From Octopus vulgaris (Eukaryota): 64,000 bases of DNA. The position numbers and the translations under genes were made by a program. How positions within the stretch are numbered: position 1 is the stretch's first letter; every line of letters begins with the position of its first letter. Shown here in pieces: positions 30,640-43,621 of this stretch. The stretch spans positions 112,034,001 through 112,098,000 of the forward strand of contig OX597821.1 in NCBI GenBank assembly GCA_951406725.2, given 5' to 3'. Under the pieces are notes generated by a model. The model was given only the letters and a program-made list of their open reading frames with translations, was not told the DNA's origin and searched no databases.

Positions 30640-30942
30640 TACACATGGCTTAGCGGTTAGGGTATTCAGCTTGTGATCATAAGGTTGTAATTCCCAGTGA
30701 CACGTCCTTTTCTTGAGCAAGATACTTTATTTCACGTTGCTCCAGTCCATTCAGCTGGCAAAAATGAGTTGTACTTGTATTTCAAAGGTCACACACTGTG
30801 TCATGCTGAATCTCTCTGGGAACTACATTAAAGGTACATGTGTCTGTGGAATACCCAGCCACTTGTACATTAATTTCACAAGCAGGCTGTTCCAATGATT
30901 GTATCAACTGAAACCCACATTGTCCTGAACGACAGAGTACCA
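30640..30942 (+). mobile_element. tRNA-derived SINE family E (related copy at ~26745-27005)
   Basis: TGGCTTAGCGGTTAGG A box and a CORE-like TTGAGCAAGATACTTTATTTCACGTTGCTCCAGTCC segment. Confidence 0.6.
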
Positions 30943-31087
30943 GGATTTACTTATTTTGTATCTTGACATAGAAATTTACTGCAAATAAGTTGCTAGTGTG
31001 TCTAGTATGAAGCAACTATCGAGTTGTGATCAACTCTTGCATCAGGGATCTGAAGTTGCTATATCAACTCTTGTGTCAGGCAACTAA

Positions 31088-31915
31088 TCATCATCATCAT
31101 CATCATCATCATCGTTTAACGTCCGCTTTCCATGCTAGCATGGGTTGGACGGTTCAACTGGGGTCTGGCAAGCCCGAAGGCTGCACCAGGCCAGTCAGAT
31201 CTGGCAGTGTTTCTACAGCTGGATGCCCTTCCTAACGCCAACCACTCCGAGAGTGTAGTGGGTGATTTTATGTGCCACCGACACAGGTGCCAGACGAGGC
31301 TGGCAGACGGCCACGCTCGGATGGTGTTTTTTATGTGCCACCGACACAGGTGCCAGACGAGGCTGGCTGACGGCCACGCTCGGATGGTGTTTTCTTATGT
31401 GTCATCGACACAGGTGCCAGACGGGGCTGGCGGACGGCCACGCTCGGATGGTGTTTTCTTATGTGTCACCGACACAGGTGCCAGACGGGGCTGGCGGACG
31501 GCCACGCTCGGATGGTGTTTTCTTATGTGTCATCGACACAGGTGCCAGACGGGGCTGGCGGACGGCCACGCTCGGATGGTGTTTTCTTATGTGTCATCGA
31601 CACAGGTGCCAGACGAGGCTGGCTGACGGCCACGCTCGCATGGTGTTTTCTTATGTGTCACCGACACAGGTGCCAGACGGGGCTGGCGGACGGCCACGCT
31701 CGGATGGTGTTTGTTACGTGCCCTCATCACGGAGGCCAGTCGTTGCGGTACTGGCTACGATCACGTTCGGATGGTTTTCTTATGTGCCACCGGCACTGGT
31801 ACCACAAGGATACAAATTCCATTGATGTACATCTATTTTGATTTGGTTCGATTTGATTTGATTTGATTTGATTCGATTCTCACTTGCCTCAACAGGTCTT
31901 CACAAGTGTCACAAG
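31088..31915 (-). mobile_element. Family C repeat (RTE-like motif, (GAT)n tail) with an internal minisatellite
   Basis: Minus strand GTTGGCGTTAGGAAGGGCATCCAGCTGTAGAAAC...CATGGAAAGCGGACGTTAAACGATGATG. Relatives lie at ~3715, 6085, 9005, 9490, 29478, 36860, 49040, 52360, 59570 and 61518. Confidence 0.75.
31268..31717. repeat. GC-rich 64-bp minisatellite, 7 near-identical copies
   Basis: Unit TTATGTGTCAYCGACACAGGTGCCAGACGRGGCTGGCGGACGGCCACGCTCGGATGGTGTTTTC. The TGTG anchor recurs at 31271, 31334, 31398, 31462, 31526, 31590 and 31654. Confidence 0.95.
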
Positions 31916-32648
31916 GAGGAAGGTGAGTTGCTAAATCATCTATTACACCAGGCAACTTTTGCTACATCATTTCTTGCACCAGGCAACTACTAAGTTGCTA
32001 TATCAATTCTCGCATCAAGCAGCCAATAAATTGCATTCATGTCTTGCATGACGCAACAACAAAGTTGCTATCACTTTTTACAAGAGGCAACTACCAAGTT
32101 GCTAACCATTTTTGTACCAACCAGCCAACTATCAAGTTGCTATTATCTTTTAACCTCAAATACGTCCTCAACCGACCCATACTGGTACAGGAAAACAGCT
32201 GTTAATCCTTTAGCATTCAGATTACTCTGCCAAATGCAATATTTATTTATTCAAATTGTTCAAATTATGTAATTTTCTAATTTTAGAACAACATTGTAGG
32301 GTAAGTGTGAGAGGTTAGATCTGGTTGGTTTGAACATAAAACAGGTCAGATATTAGGGCCTGATATTTATTATGTATCACCAGCCTTAGGAAGGACATAA
32401 AAACTATACCGACGCAGACATGGCAGCAGTGCTGTCCTTCACCTCACCAGCCCCTGACAAACCATCCAACCCTTGCCAGCATGAAAAACGGACATTAAGC
32501 GATGATGTTGATGATGATGATAATGATGATGATGATATAATGTGCTTATACAATCAATACGATGGGGCCATGTTAGTAAGAGGTGGGTAGACTTGTTGCA
32601 AGAGGAAAATATCGCCAATTAAAACTTGCTGGGTTTAATTTAGAACGC

Positions 32649-32692
<44 letters not shown>

Positions 32693-32788
32693 TAATATTA
32701 ATAATAATAAAATAATTATTAGTTCAAATAAGAAGAATTCAAAAATAATAAAAATAATAATTAAAATAATATTAATAATAATATTTCA

Positions 32789-32832
<44 letters not shown>

Positions 32833-33651
32833 TAATAATAATTGTCTCCTTGCTGTAACGACGACGACCAACATAGCAGTTATTTTCAGTTTTATCTAAC
32901 GATGGCAAAGTATATTTTGATAAGAACATTTTCATTAGAGATTAGTCAACTTCCACTGTGCAGCCTCCTCATCCTGTTCCTCTTGCGGGGACATGGTAGT
33001 TGGTAGCGGGTGCAGCTGAAAAGATCTGCGACAAAGCCCAAACCTGCTGCCCTCCTCCAGTGCTACCACCACCACCACCACAACTAATTCCTTTCCACAC
33101 CACCCCCCACCCCTGCCCCAACTTCTTCCACCAATAAAATCACAAACCATCCAGGGAATTAATGAGCTGAAGTTTACGCCCTGGTTTGAGCTAAAAGCCA
33201 GATCATTGCGTTAGTAATTAGAGAGTGGGGTGCATAAACGAGGGGTGCATTAATGAGCAGCCAGTTTTACAACATTGGTTTTTGTTTGTTGTTTTTATTA
33301 ATTTTGTTTCGGGGGTATTTTTTTTGTTCCTTATTTACTTTTTATTTTAGTCTAATTTGTTTTCATGTGTCAGAATCTTAAGCAATATTAAAAACATCAG
33401 GCACAAATTATGTGCATGTGAGGGGGAGAGGAGAGAGAGTAAGGGTGAAAGAGTGACAGATGTGTGTAACTAAGACAGAGACAGCTGATAGAGAGGGAGA
33501 GAGGAAGACAGAGAGAGAGAGAGAGAAAGTGAGAAACATGTGCAAGAGAGAGATATGGACATGTGTGAGGGGGAGAGGAGAGAAGGAGTGAGGGAGAAAG
33601 AGTGACAGATGTGTGTAACTGAGACAGAGACAGCTGATAGAGAGGGGGAAG

Positions 33652-33686
<35 letters not shown>

Positions 33687-34417
33687 GAGAGAGAGAAAGT
33701 GAGAGAGAGAAAGTGAGAGATGTGTGCAAGAGAGACAAACAGAGAGAAAGATAAATAGACAGAGAAATATATATAGAGAGAGTGAGGAAGAGGGAGAGAG
33801 AAAGAGAGAGAGAGAGGAAGAGAGAGAGAGAGAGAGACGGACATGTGTTTGTGTGTTTTCGTCGTCTGTGTGCATGTAAATTAGTCTAATTGAGACTTAG
33901 CAAGTGCTTTTTATGCATCTTTAACTTCATGCAGAAAAGCAAAGAACTTTGTTAACCAGTTTTATGTTGAGCTGTTTGTGTATTCATAATTTCTTTAATG
34001 GCTCCTATCACAGATACATTTGGAAATATACAAACATACACAAATATGCACAAATTGGCCATTCACAGAACAAGCAAGGAATAAACTTCAGACACTAAAA
34101 GACACCAAGAACTGGTGCCGTCTCTCTCTCTTCTATTTTTCACTCTAAACTTCAGTTGAGTAATCAATAATAGCCAACTTATTCTGCTAATGACCTAAGA
34201 AATCTGTATAAGCTGACATGACTAATGATTTCCGCTGAATGGCCATTCATGCCATTCATTAATCCGTCGAGTACTTATACAGGTATCCAAAAATGCCTCT
34301 TTGACCAGTCTTTCTCATTAACACAGGTGAATTAATACGACGCCTCCTTCTGTATGCTAGGATGATGAGTCATTATATATGAACAGCTTCACTGCAATTC
34401 AGCCAACAGCATTTCTC

Positions 34418-34454
<37 letters not shown>

Positions 34455-35367
34455 ACACACACAGACGCATACACACACATGCACAGGGATACACAAGTAC
34501 TCACACAAACATACAAGGATATACCAGCTCATATGCACATACATACACAGACACACACACACACATAGAGATACACTTACATGTACAAACCTATACACAC
34601 AAACAAGAGGGACACACAAACACAAGTACACTTGCATATACAATTACACACACACACACACACACACACATTATGTAGGAATAATAAAAACAGGATCATC
34701 CAATCAGAATTTTTGATTGAGATCTAATTGTTAAAGACATTTTAAAGCATCCTTTGTAGAATTTTAATGGAATGGTAAGCTTTGTTTAATTCTAAGCACC
34801 CTGGCTGAAAATTCTCTAAAGCCCAAAGAGCAATCCTGTAATGATTCGATTACAAAACAGAAAAGAATGATGGAAGGGAATTTCAATATTCTTTTTTTAT
34901 TTTGCATATTTTCTTCATGATGTATGTGGAGAAGGTTAGTAGGATTCTTGTGATATTGCGCATTTCAGGACTGACTGACCACAGGATGCTGGTCCATGTG
35001 ATACCGACACTTGATGTGAATTAGTGTGTTGAAACAAATGGTGTGTTTTGGGAGGGTCATTATACCAATAATAATAATAAACACACACACTGGTTCAATA
35101 AGACTTCTTTTTAACTAATCATTTGTTTGATGTGCTGGTTAAACAAAGCTGTTTCATCACAAATCCCAGCCTCATCAATGACTTGTGCTCTCTCTTCAGA
35201 GACGTCTTGAGTTTTAATAACTTTCTCAACTTTCTTAATTTTTAATCTCTAGATTTAAACCTAGAGATAAAATATGCTTAATTTTAAATTGTTTTGAATT
35301 TCTCGGCAGCTTTGACAACTATTCAAGGACAAGGGTAGCAGTGCGAGTAGAAACAGGTGAAGAAAAA

Positions 35368-35761
35368 TGGTCAATATAAAGACTTTCGGCCGGGAACAAA
35401 AAGAAAAAAATTAACCAGCCTGGGGGCTGTTAACAAGTGTGGGAAAACGAATATGAAAAAAAAAAATGCATTCGGATGACCCTAGGTGTGGGGAGGGGAC
35501 TGTCGAAAAATTCACAAGATCCGATTTTTCCATCACAACTTCGGGTAAAATGGATATTTATTGATTTTTTTTTTACAGAATCCTGTGTTTTTGGTTATGG
35601 AGGATTCGATTCTAAAAAATAATTTTCAAAATTTTAATCCCCCCCCACTTCATTTTACACTCTTGTCAGAAATATTCTTGTTTTTGCAAAATATGTAGAA
35701 AAATATGAAGATTACGATTCTGAAGAAAAATTGTTTGTAAAATTTTTAATTTCCAACAAGC

Positions 35762-35792
<31 letters not shown>

Positions 35793-36385
35793 TATACACT
35801 TCGGCCTTCAAGCAGGCTATCCACATGCTAGAAATAACAGCCAAATCTCACAAAACTGCAATAACATAATGAAATTTTGAAAATGCGACTTTTGAAAAAA
35901 ATTTTTTTCAGAATTAGATCCTCCATAACCAAAAATGTGGGATTCCATAAAAAAAAAGAATCAATATATATCCATTTTATATTATATGACAGATATGTGT
36001 CCTCATCTTGTTTGTTGTTAACACAACCGGCTGATATACCCTCCAGCCTTCATCAGGTGTCTTGGGGAAATTTCGAACCTGGATTATTCCTATGGTATTT
36101 TTCGATGTTGTTGTTATTATTATCATTATTATTCAGGTCACTGCCTGGAATCGAACTCGGAATCTTGGGGTTAGTAGCCTGCACTCTTAACCACTATGCC
36201 ATATGCCCAAATTTATGACGAAAATATTGGATCTTGTAAATTTTTCGAAAGTCCCCTTTCCACCCCCAAAGGTCGTCAGTGCTCATTTCTTTTTTTCCAT
36301 ATTCATTTTCCACACCCTTGTTAACAACCCCGCCCAGGCTGGTTAATTTTCTTTTCTTCCCGGGTGAGGAACTTTATGTTGATCA
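35368..36385. mobile_element. Foldback or long-TIR non-autonomous DNA element with ~260-bp diverged arms
   Basis: 35368-35631 is a diverged reverse complement of 35890-35980 plus 36206-36385 (for example TTAACCAGCCTGGG / CCCAGGCTGGTTAA and TTTTTGGTTATGGAGGAT / ATCCTCCATAACCAAAAA). Confidence 0.75.
35981..36208 (-). mobile_element. Family D short copy: tRNA-like head plus hammerhead-like PLE tail, inserted in a foldback element
   Basis: Minus strand begins GGGCATATGGCATAGTGGTTAAG (A box), then GAGTTCGATTCC (B box), (AAT)n and GACACCTGATGAAGGCTG...CAGCCG-GTTGTGTT. The AAAC of the hammerhead core is deleted. Confidence 0.75.
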
Positions 36386-36434
36386 GAAATAAACATAAGA
36401 TGAAATCACAAGAAAAGCAGAAGAATTCACTTAC

Positions 36435-36697
36435 TGTGCAACATGGGATCCATTCCAACAGTGTGTAGGAGACTGCGAGACGTTGAAGTCAACGCAGATG
36501 GAACTGGTTATATTGCGGTAAACTCCATGGATATTGAGCAATGACAAAAGAAGCTGGGTGGCTTGGTCTTTGAGACTGATGGAAGACACTGGTTCCTGAT
36601 CACTGATCAACATTTTATTGTTGGGCACCAATGGAGATTGTACTGAAACTTTTTGGTTCTCCGGTGCAGATCCAGTTTCTTTGCAGGTCACCAGAAT
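36435..36697 (-). CDS. Internal coding exon of a glypican, probably GPC3/GPC5/Dally subfamily (C-terminal part of the Cys-rich core)
   Basis: The minus strand has a polypyrimidine acceptor tttctttttccttgtcgttacag| and a donor |GTAAGT. The exon is 263 bp, phase 0 to phase 2, and only one frame is open: ILVTCKETG...SLKDQATQLLLSLLNIHGVYRNITSSICVDFNVSQSPTHCWNGSHVA(Q). The Y-x6-IC-x11-CWNG pattern matches glypicans (GPC3 [31 protein letters not shown], from memory). Tyr rather than Trp at that position favours GPC3/5/Dally. Confidence 0.88.
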
Positions 36698-38557
36698 CTG
36701 TAACGACAAGGAAAAAGAAACGAAAATTAGAATTCCTTAAATCTTTAGTACTCAGATTATTTTGTCAAGTGTAACGCTTATTTATTCATCAGACCTATTG
36801 AGTCAAGTACATCAACATCAACATCAACAGCAATATCAAAATCAAATAGAAATTATAGTTGTGACACCTCCGTGCTCGTAGCACGTAAAAAGCCCCATCT
36901 GAACATGGCTGATGCCAGGGCAGCTTTGACTGGCTTCTGTGCCAGTGACACGCAAAAAGCACCATTGGATCATGGTCGATGCCAGCTCCTTTGGCCCCTG
37001 TGCTTGTTGCACGTAAAAAGCACCATCCATCATGGTCGATGCCAGTTCCTCTGGCCCCTGTGCCGGTTGCATGTAAAAAGCACCCACTACACTCTTGGAG
37101 TGGTTGGCGTTAGGAAGGGCATCCAGCTATAGAAATACTGCCAGATCAGATTGGGGCCTGGTGCAGCCTCCTGGCTTCCCAGACCCCAGTTGAACCATCC
37201 AACCCATGCCAACATGGAAAACTGACATTAAACGATGATGATGATGATGATGATGTTGATTTAAATAACTCATGCATTATCTTATAGCTTTGAGATTTCA
37301 ATGATGTGATTGTTTATTTTAAGAATGACATTGTAGGGTAGAGTTAGAGAGGGGTCAGATGTGGCCAGTGTGGATATAAAATACGTAGAATATTTGGGCT
37401 GCGTGGTTAACGAGTTCACTTCCCAATCATACGATTTCAGGTTCAGTTCCATCGTGCAGCACCTTGCTCAAATATCCTCCTCTATAGATTCCAGACTTTT
37501 AAATGGTCTTTCTACTCAAGAAGTTGGTTTTATTATCAATTTCACTATTTCTTTCTGTATCTTTTGGTCAGGATGGAAGGTATTGATACCAAAACAAATA
37601 AGAGAAATCAAAGAATATGCAGTTCCCAGATCAAGTTCTTATATCGAATCCTTCCATGTAATCAGATGAAGAATCCTTTTTACTTGGACCTCAAGAAAAT
37701 GCAGTTCATCTCAAAAACCTAATGAATACTGTTTTCAAAAATCATTACCAAAAATTGGTTTTCCTTCACTGCTGATGGATTAGCAAGTGATCAATAACTT
37801 ATACAAGACCTCATTAATATTTTAGATTTTGTCTGTCTCAGAATGCCAGACTTGTACCATTTCCAAATTACATAGTTTGCAATCAGAGAAAATAATGTTA
37901 ATATTCCTATTTTAGAGAACTTAGAGATATCATTATGAGACTGAAAGACTGGAACTAGTTTGTGTAGAATTTTTGTTGATACTATTTCTGAAGACAAAAT
38001 CACATGATTTCCTTTTTTTTTTTTAAAATATAATTTTGCCAATTTTTTTTTTTTTTTTCTCCTTATAATTTCTTACACGATATCAGTCTAAGACTATAGA
38101 CAGCCAAAGAATACAAACCAAGAATTCTTGCAACACCTACAAAAGCACAAAATGTCCTAATCATCATCATTTTAATATTTATTATGCTTAAGCTGGTAGA
38201 ATCATTTGCAGAGCCAGACAAGATACTTAGGGGCATTTTGTCCATTTTTATGTCCTGAATTTCCATCCCATGAGATTACAGGCTTTGTGCTCAAATTTGA
38301 AACTAATATATATATCATGCTTGCATTAGTCAGATTTCCTTTGGTCGGATGCTCTTCCAATCACCAACCTTTACAAGGAAAGAAGGGAGGTATCAGTAGG
38401 AAGCCATTGTTTACAAACTAGTAAACACAATGGAAATACATGCACACATATACACACACACACACACACACTAGTAAGTAGTTTGCTTTGCTTTGTAAGG
38501 CAGTGAGCTGGCAGAATCGGTAGCACGTCGGGCGTAATTCTTATATATATATATATA

Positions 38558-38934
38558 GGTGCAGTAGTGGCTGTGTGGTAAGATGCTTGCTTGCCAACCA
38601 CATGGTTCAGGGTTCAGTCCCACTGTGTGGCACCTTGGGCAAGTGTCTTCTACTATAGCTTCAGGCCAACAAAAGCTTTGTAAGTGGATTTGGTAGATGG
38701 AAACTGAAAGAAGCCTGTCGTATGTATATACATATGTATATGTTTGTGTGTCTGTGTTTGTCCCCCACCATCGCTTGACAACCGATGTTGGTGTGTTTAC
38801 ATCTCCGTAAATTAGAGGTTCGGCAAAAGAGACCGATAGAATAAGTATTAAGCTTACAAAGAATAGTCCTGGGGTCGATTTGTTCGACTAAAAGCAGCGC
38901 TCCATCATGGCCACAGTCAAATGACTGAAACAAG
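38558..38934 (+). mobile_element. SINE family B, full copy
   Basis: Colinear with the 24044 copy. Confidence 0.85.
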
Positions 38935-39949
38935 GGAAAGAACAAAAGCATGAAGGACTTGTTCAGTTTTTGCCTGCCAGATACACTCACAAGGCCCCTC
39001 TCAGCCTAGGGTTAAAGGGACCATTGTGATGATGGCAACGAGGTGAATGATGATTGTAGTAGTAGTGGTGGTGGTGGTGATAGTCGTAATGGTAGAGAAG
39101 GGGGTGGTTGTAGGAACACACAGACACACACACACACACACACACATGCACTCTCTCCCCTCTACACCAACCCCGTTCATTTCAGGCGAAGAGCCCAAAC
39201 AAGTTTGCAGCAGCAACTTGTTTGTCATTTTACCTTCAATGTCACCCCTCCACTGTCCACAATTTTTTACCCCAAACTTGTTTCAAACATAGTCCTTGAT
39301 GTATACAGACAGGTTTCCTTCCTGCTGGGGTGAGAGACAAGGGTGTGTGTGTGTGTGTTTGTGTCTGTGTGTACATGTAAAGGGATGAGTATATGTGTGT
39401 GTGTGTGTGTATGTATATGAGGGGCATTGTGTCTGTGATTAGGGCGAATGTGTGCGTAAGCAGTGAGCTAAGATATCGTTACATGTTCGCAGTTTAATAT
39501 AATAAATGTACTTTCTGACACAACACACTTCACTGACATCATAAAATACAGTAAAAACCAAAACAAAATAACCAAAAAACACGCAAATATATTTGTATAT
39601 AAAGCGCTTCCGTTCTATTCTCCACCTACAATAATTGTTCCCAAAAGACATTAAGAAAAAAAAACAGAACATAACAAAAAGACAAAAAAAAAACGAAAAA
39701 TAAAATAAATATAAGATTAAAACTTCATTTCATGAAAAGAAAGAATCAACAAGTTTCTTCAGGATTCCCCCATTCCAAAAACTGTGATATCCTCAAATGC
39801 GCAAAATATGATCTTTTTGTAACAACATCGCCAAATATGTGATGTAAAAATAACAGGAAATCAAGCAAAGTTGTTTTTGGGGAGTTCAAAGGTAAATTTA
39901 TCTCTGCGGAGGTGTGTATGTAAGTATTATATATGTGTGTGTGTGTGTG

Positions 39950-40001
<52 letters not shown>

Positions 40002-40141
40002 CAGGAGTGGCTGTGTGGTGAGTAGCTTGCTTCCCAACCACATGGTTCCGGGTTCAGTCCCATTGTGTGACACCTTAATCAACGGGCCAACCAAAGCCTT
40101 GTGAGTGGATTTGGTAGAGGGAAACTGAAAGAAGCCCATTG

Positions 40142-40200
<59 letters not shown>

Positions 40201-40391
40201 TGGTGTGTTTATGTTCCACAAACTTAGCAGTTTGGCAAACGAGACCGATAGCGTAAGTACTGGGCTTATAAAGAAAAGAAAAACAAATACTGGGTTCAAT
40301 TTGTTTGAGGAATCCTTTCAAGGTGGTGCTGCAGCATGGCCAGTCAAACGACTAATGACATTAAAAGATATATGTCAAATATATACATACT

Positions 40392-40718
40392 TGATGATGA
40401 TGATGATAGTGGGGTTAGTAATGATGATGATGATGGTAATGATGATAGTGGTAATGACAATGATGATGGTGATGATGATAATGGGGGTGGTAATGATTAT
40501 GATGATGGTAATGATAATGATGATGATGATGATGATGATGGTGAAGGCTATGATGGTAGTGATAATGATGATGAAAACGATGATGATGATGATGGTGATA
40601 ATGATGATGAAAATGATGATGATGCTGAGGATGATGATGATGAAGAAGATGATCATGATGATCATGATGATGGTGATGATGAAGACTATGAAGATGTTGC
40701 TGACGATGATGATGATGC
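40392..40718. repeat. Degenerate (GAT)n trinucleotide tract; a similar (CAT/CAC)n tract lies at 7640-8020
   Basis: Direct inspection. Confidence 0.9.
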
Positions 40719-41288
40719 CGCACATGTCTGACTGGGTTCATGTGGATGTCAATTCATTAGACGTATATAGAAAGAAAAAAAAAAAAACCTAAAGCCCTAA
40801 AATATGATTGTGAAAGGCAGGAATGCCTTTGATCAGGGGACCAGCTCAAACAGGTGCCCCCTACCAAAAGAAAAAAAAAATGTGGCTAAGCAAACAACAA
40901 GAACAAGAATGCCAGTGACTAATTGACTCCGCACTGGTGTGTATAGAAGGAACGATGAGATGAAGGAGAATTAGAACTCAAAACCTCCAGCTTGCTAACT
41001 AACCAACATACATCAAAGAATCACCGAATCAGCAGAAATCTACGCTCCCCCACCTCTTCCTTATACACACACATACACACACACACCCGCATATATACAT
41101 ATATGCACATGTAGATAGACACATATACATACATGCATGTGTGCATACATACACATACAAAGATTACAGTTGGTGGAGTGATTCGTGTGGGTGCTACTTG
41201 TGATCTGGCCCCGTGAAGCACTGACTATTTACCTCCCTTAATATTTCACTCTCCAATGGAATACAGCCGAATGGTAACAAAAAGAGTA

Positions 41289-41511
41289 GGCGGTGAGCTG
41301 GCAGAAACGTTAGTGTGCCGGGCGAAATGCTTAGCGGTATTTCGTCTGGCGCAACGTTGTGAGTTCAAATTCCACTGAGGTCGACTTTGCCTTTCATCCT
41401 TTCGGGGTCGATAAATTAAGTACCAGTTACGCACTGGGGTCGATGTAATTGACTTAATACCTATGTTTGTCCCCTCTATGTTTAGCCCCTTGTGGGTAAT
41501 AAAGAAATAGG
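41289..41511 (+). mobile_element. tRNA-derived SINE family A, full copy with tail type 1
   Basis: GGCGGTGAGCTGGCAGAA head, GAGTTCAAATTCC B box and central GCCTTTCATCCTTTCGGGGTCGATAAATTAAGTACCAG (resembles the Meta/MESC SINE domain, from memory). Many relatives, for example 5825, 7027, 8711, 42615, 47143, 48452, 49380, 49620, 56620 and 62295. Confidence 0.85.
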
Positions 41512-41629
41512 TAACAATAAGAGTAGCATCACTTTTTCTATTGATATACATATATACATATTTGTGTGTATATATATATATATATATATATGGCGATTAT
41601 TTTTTTTCCTCTGTCTTTCCTTCTCCTAT

Positions 41630-41664
41630 GTTTCTGATGAAGAGCTCCGCTCGAAACGTTTAAC
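41630..41664 (+). ncRNA. Minimal hammerhead ribozyme-like motif within a PLE-type remnant (~41590-41755)
   Basis: GUUU-CUGAUGA-A-GAGC-UCC-GCUC-GAAAC-GUU-UAAC, with an intact core, perfect stem II and the AACGUU palindrome. Confidence 0.65.
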
Positions 41665-41754
41665 CCTCCTTCTTTCCTGAGCGTCCAATAATACTATATT
41701 TGTTCCACGTCCTCGTGTTGTTGTGTTTTTTTGTGCTTTCTTGTTTCGATTAAC

Positions 41755-41804
<50 letters not shown>

Positions 41805-43621
41805 TACATACACATATATATATATACATATACACACACTCAGAACATAGCGACAGGCGAAATGCCACTAAGCAAGCATTTCGCTCCGCGTGCTAACAAT
41901 TCTGTCAGCTCTCCGCCTTTTATTACTACTAATAACGACAATGATTATAATAACGATGATGATAATAATAAATACAATTATCAATGACAACAAAGAGAAA
42001 TAACGAAAAAGTTAAGTTGCAGGGGAGAAGGGTTTCGTCTCTCCATCTCTCTCCCCTGGTATAAAACTTAAAACAAACAGCTGTTGTGAAGAATAACATA
42101 TACCAAAACTATATTTACTTGTTACACTGATATGACCTAAATATTAGCAGACATTTTGGCAGTTAAGGAGGTGCTTAGCTGACATCAATAGTAATAAAGG
42201 TTTCCTTTCTTGGTTAACCTAGAGAATAACATATGTTGGAATCAAGTAGTTGAGAGAATAGCAAAGATTTTGCTTGCTGTTACTGACTCGTTTCCCCTCC
42301 TCACCATTAATTTCTGAATAATTTTTTGGAAGGAGTGATGGAAGCAAAGCATAGAATAGGGTTGGTTATGAGCCAATGAGCAAGAGTGTGAGTGAGAGAT
42401 GAGGGAGCACTTGAGGGTATGTATGAGGGAGAACACATGTGACTGAGTCTGGATTTACAAAGTTGTTTGACCTAGTAAAAGTAGCAGCCAATTCCCAGAA
42501 TCTTTCCTTGTATAATATAATCCAAGACACATTTTGTTCCCAATAAATAAACGGGCAAGATGGTCGTGGTTGGATGTCTTTTGTTTATCGGTTTTTGTGT
42601 GTGTGTCTATATATATTTCTTTATTGCCAACAAGGGGCTAAACACAGAAGGGGCAAACAAAGACAGACAAAGGGATTAAGTCGATTACATCAACCCCAGT
42701 ACGTAACTAGTACTTTATTTATCGACCCCGAAAGGGTGAAAGGCAAAGTCGACCTCGGCGTAATTTGAACTCAGAACATAACGGCAGACACATTTCGCCC
42801 AGCGTGCTAACGATTCTGCCAGCTCGCTGCCTTGTGTGTCTACATAATAGCATAACCTGCAACAATTAACAAACAATTTTTTTCTCAGAATCCCAAGAAT
42901 GGTTTGAAAACAAGGAAGGACGCATTGAACAACATACCCTTGATACGCTATGTTCTGAATAAACAGATGGGGTGGCCATAGCTGGAAGCTTTTTGTTTAC
43001 AGGCTTCTGTGTGCATGCATGCATATGTAAGTAGTAGTTTGACCTACAAGAATTAGTAGCTAATTCTTTCTCAGATATCAGACATTGGATAATGTAATCA
43101 AAAACACATTATGTTCCAAATAAACAGATGGAATGGTCATTGCTAAGAGGCTTTTGTTCATTCACTTCTGTGTGTTTAATCAGGGCAGACCTGGGGCCAA
43201 AACAACAATAGCAACATAATTGCTAATATTTTCTCATATTTTGTTCTATTCTTTGAAAAAGAATCAAGGAAACCCAAGGAAATAAGTTGAGGGCAACAAC
43301 AACTACAACAAAAAGACTTGCTAATATAGTACGAAGGCCTTAGGGTTATATAACAGCACAAACAAATGACAAATAAGGAGCTAAGGGAAATAATTTAAAT
43401 AGATTAATAACACGAATTTGGATAATTAATTCAAGGGGTTTATGTACTAGGTTTTTAATTAGTTGAAATTTGCTTCTCAATTAGAGAAAGAAACAAAGGG
43501 AATGTGAAGTAGTATTGTTTAAATGTTGAAGTTTATCAAGTGTATATACAGTTGAGCTTTCAGATATGGAAGTGGCCATGAAAGGCATAAAGGTGTCTGG
43601 AAAGGGATGGATTAGCATTAA

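Noticed and set aside
31132-31841. Three overlapping repeat-protein ORFs
   Set aside because: The 64-bp unit is not a multiple of 3 and the array lies inside a dispersed repeat.
36136-36208. Functional tRNA gene (also the SINE heads at 59218, 61140 and 30645)
   Set aside because: Acceptor and T stems pair poorly and each is fused to a repeat body; these are tRNA-derived heads.
40336-40792. Asp-rich and Met-rich ORFs
   Set aside because: They come from a degenerate (GAT)n microsatellite.
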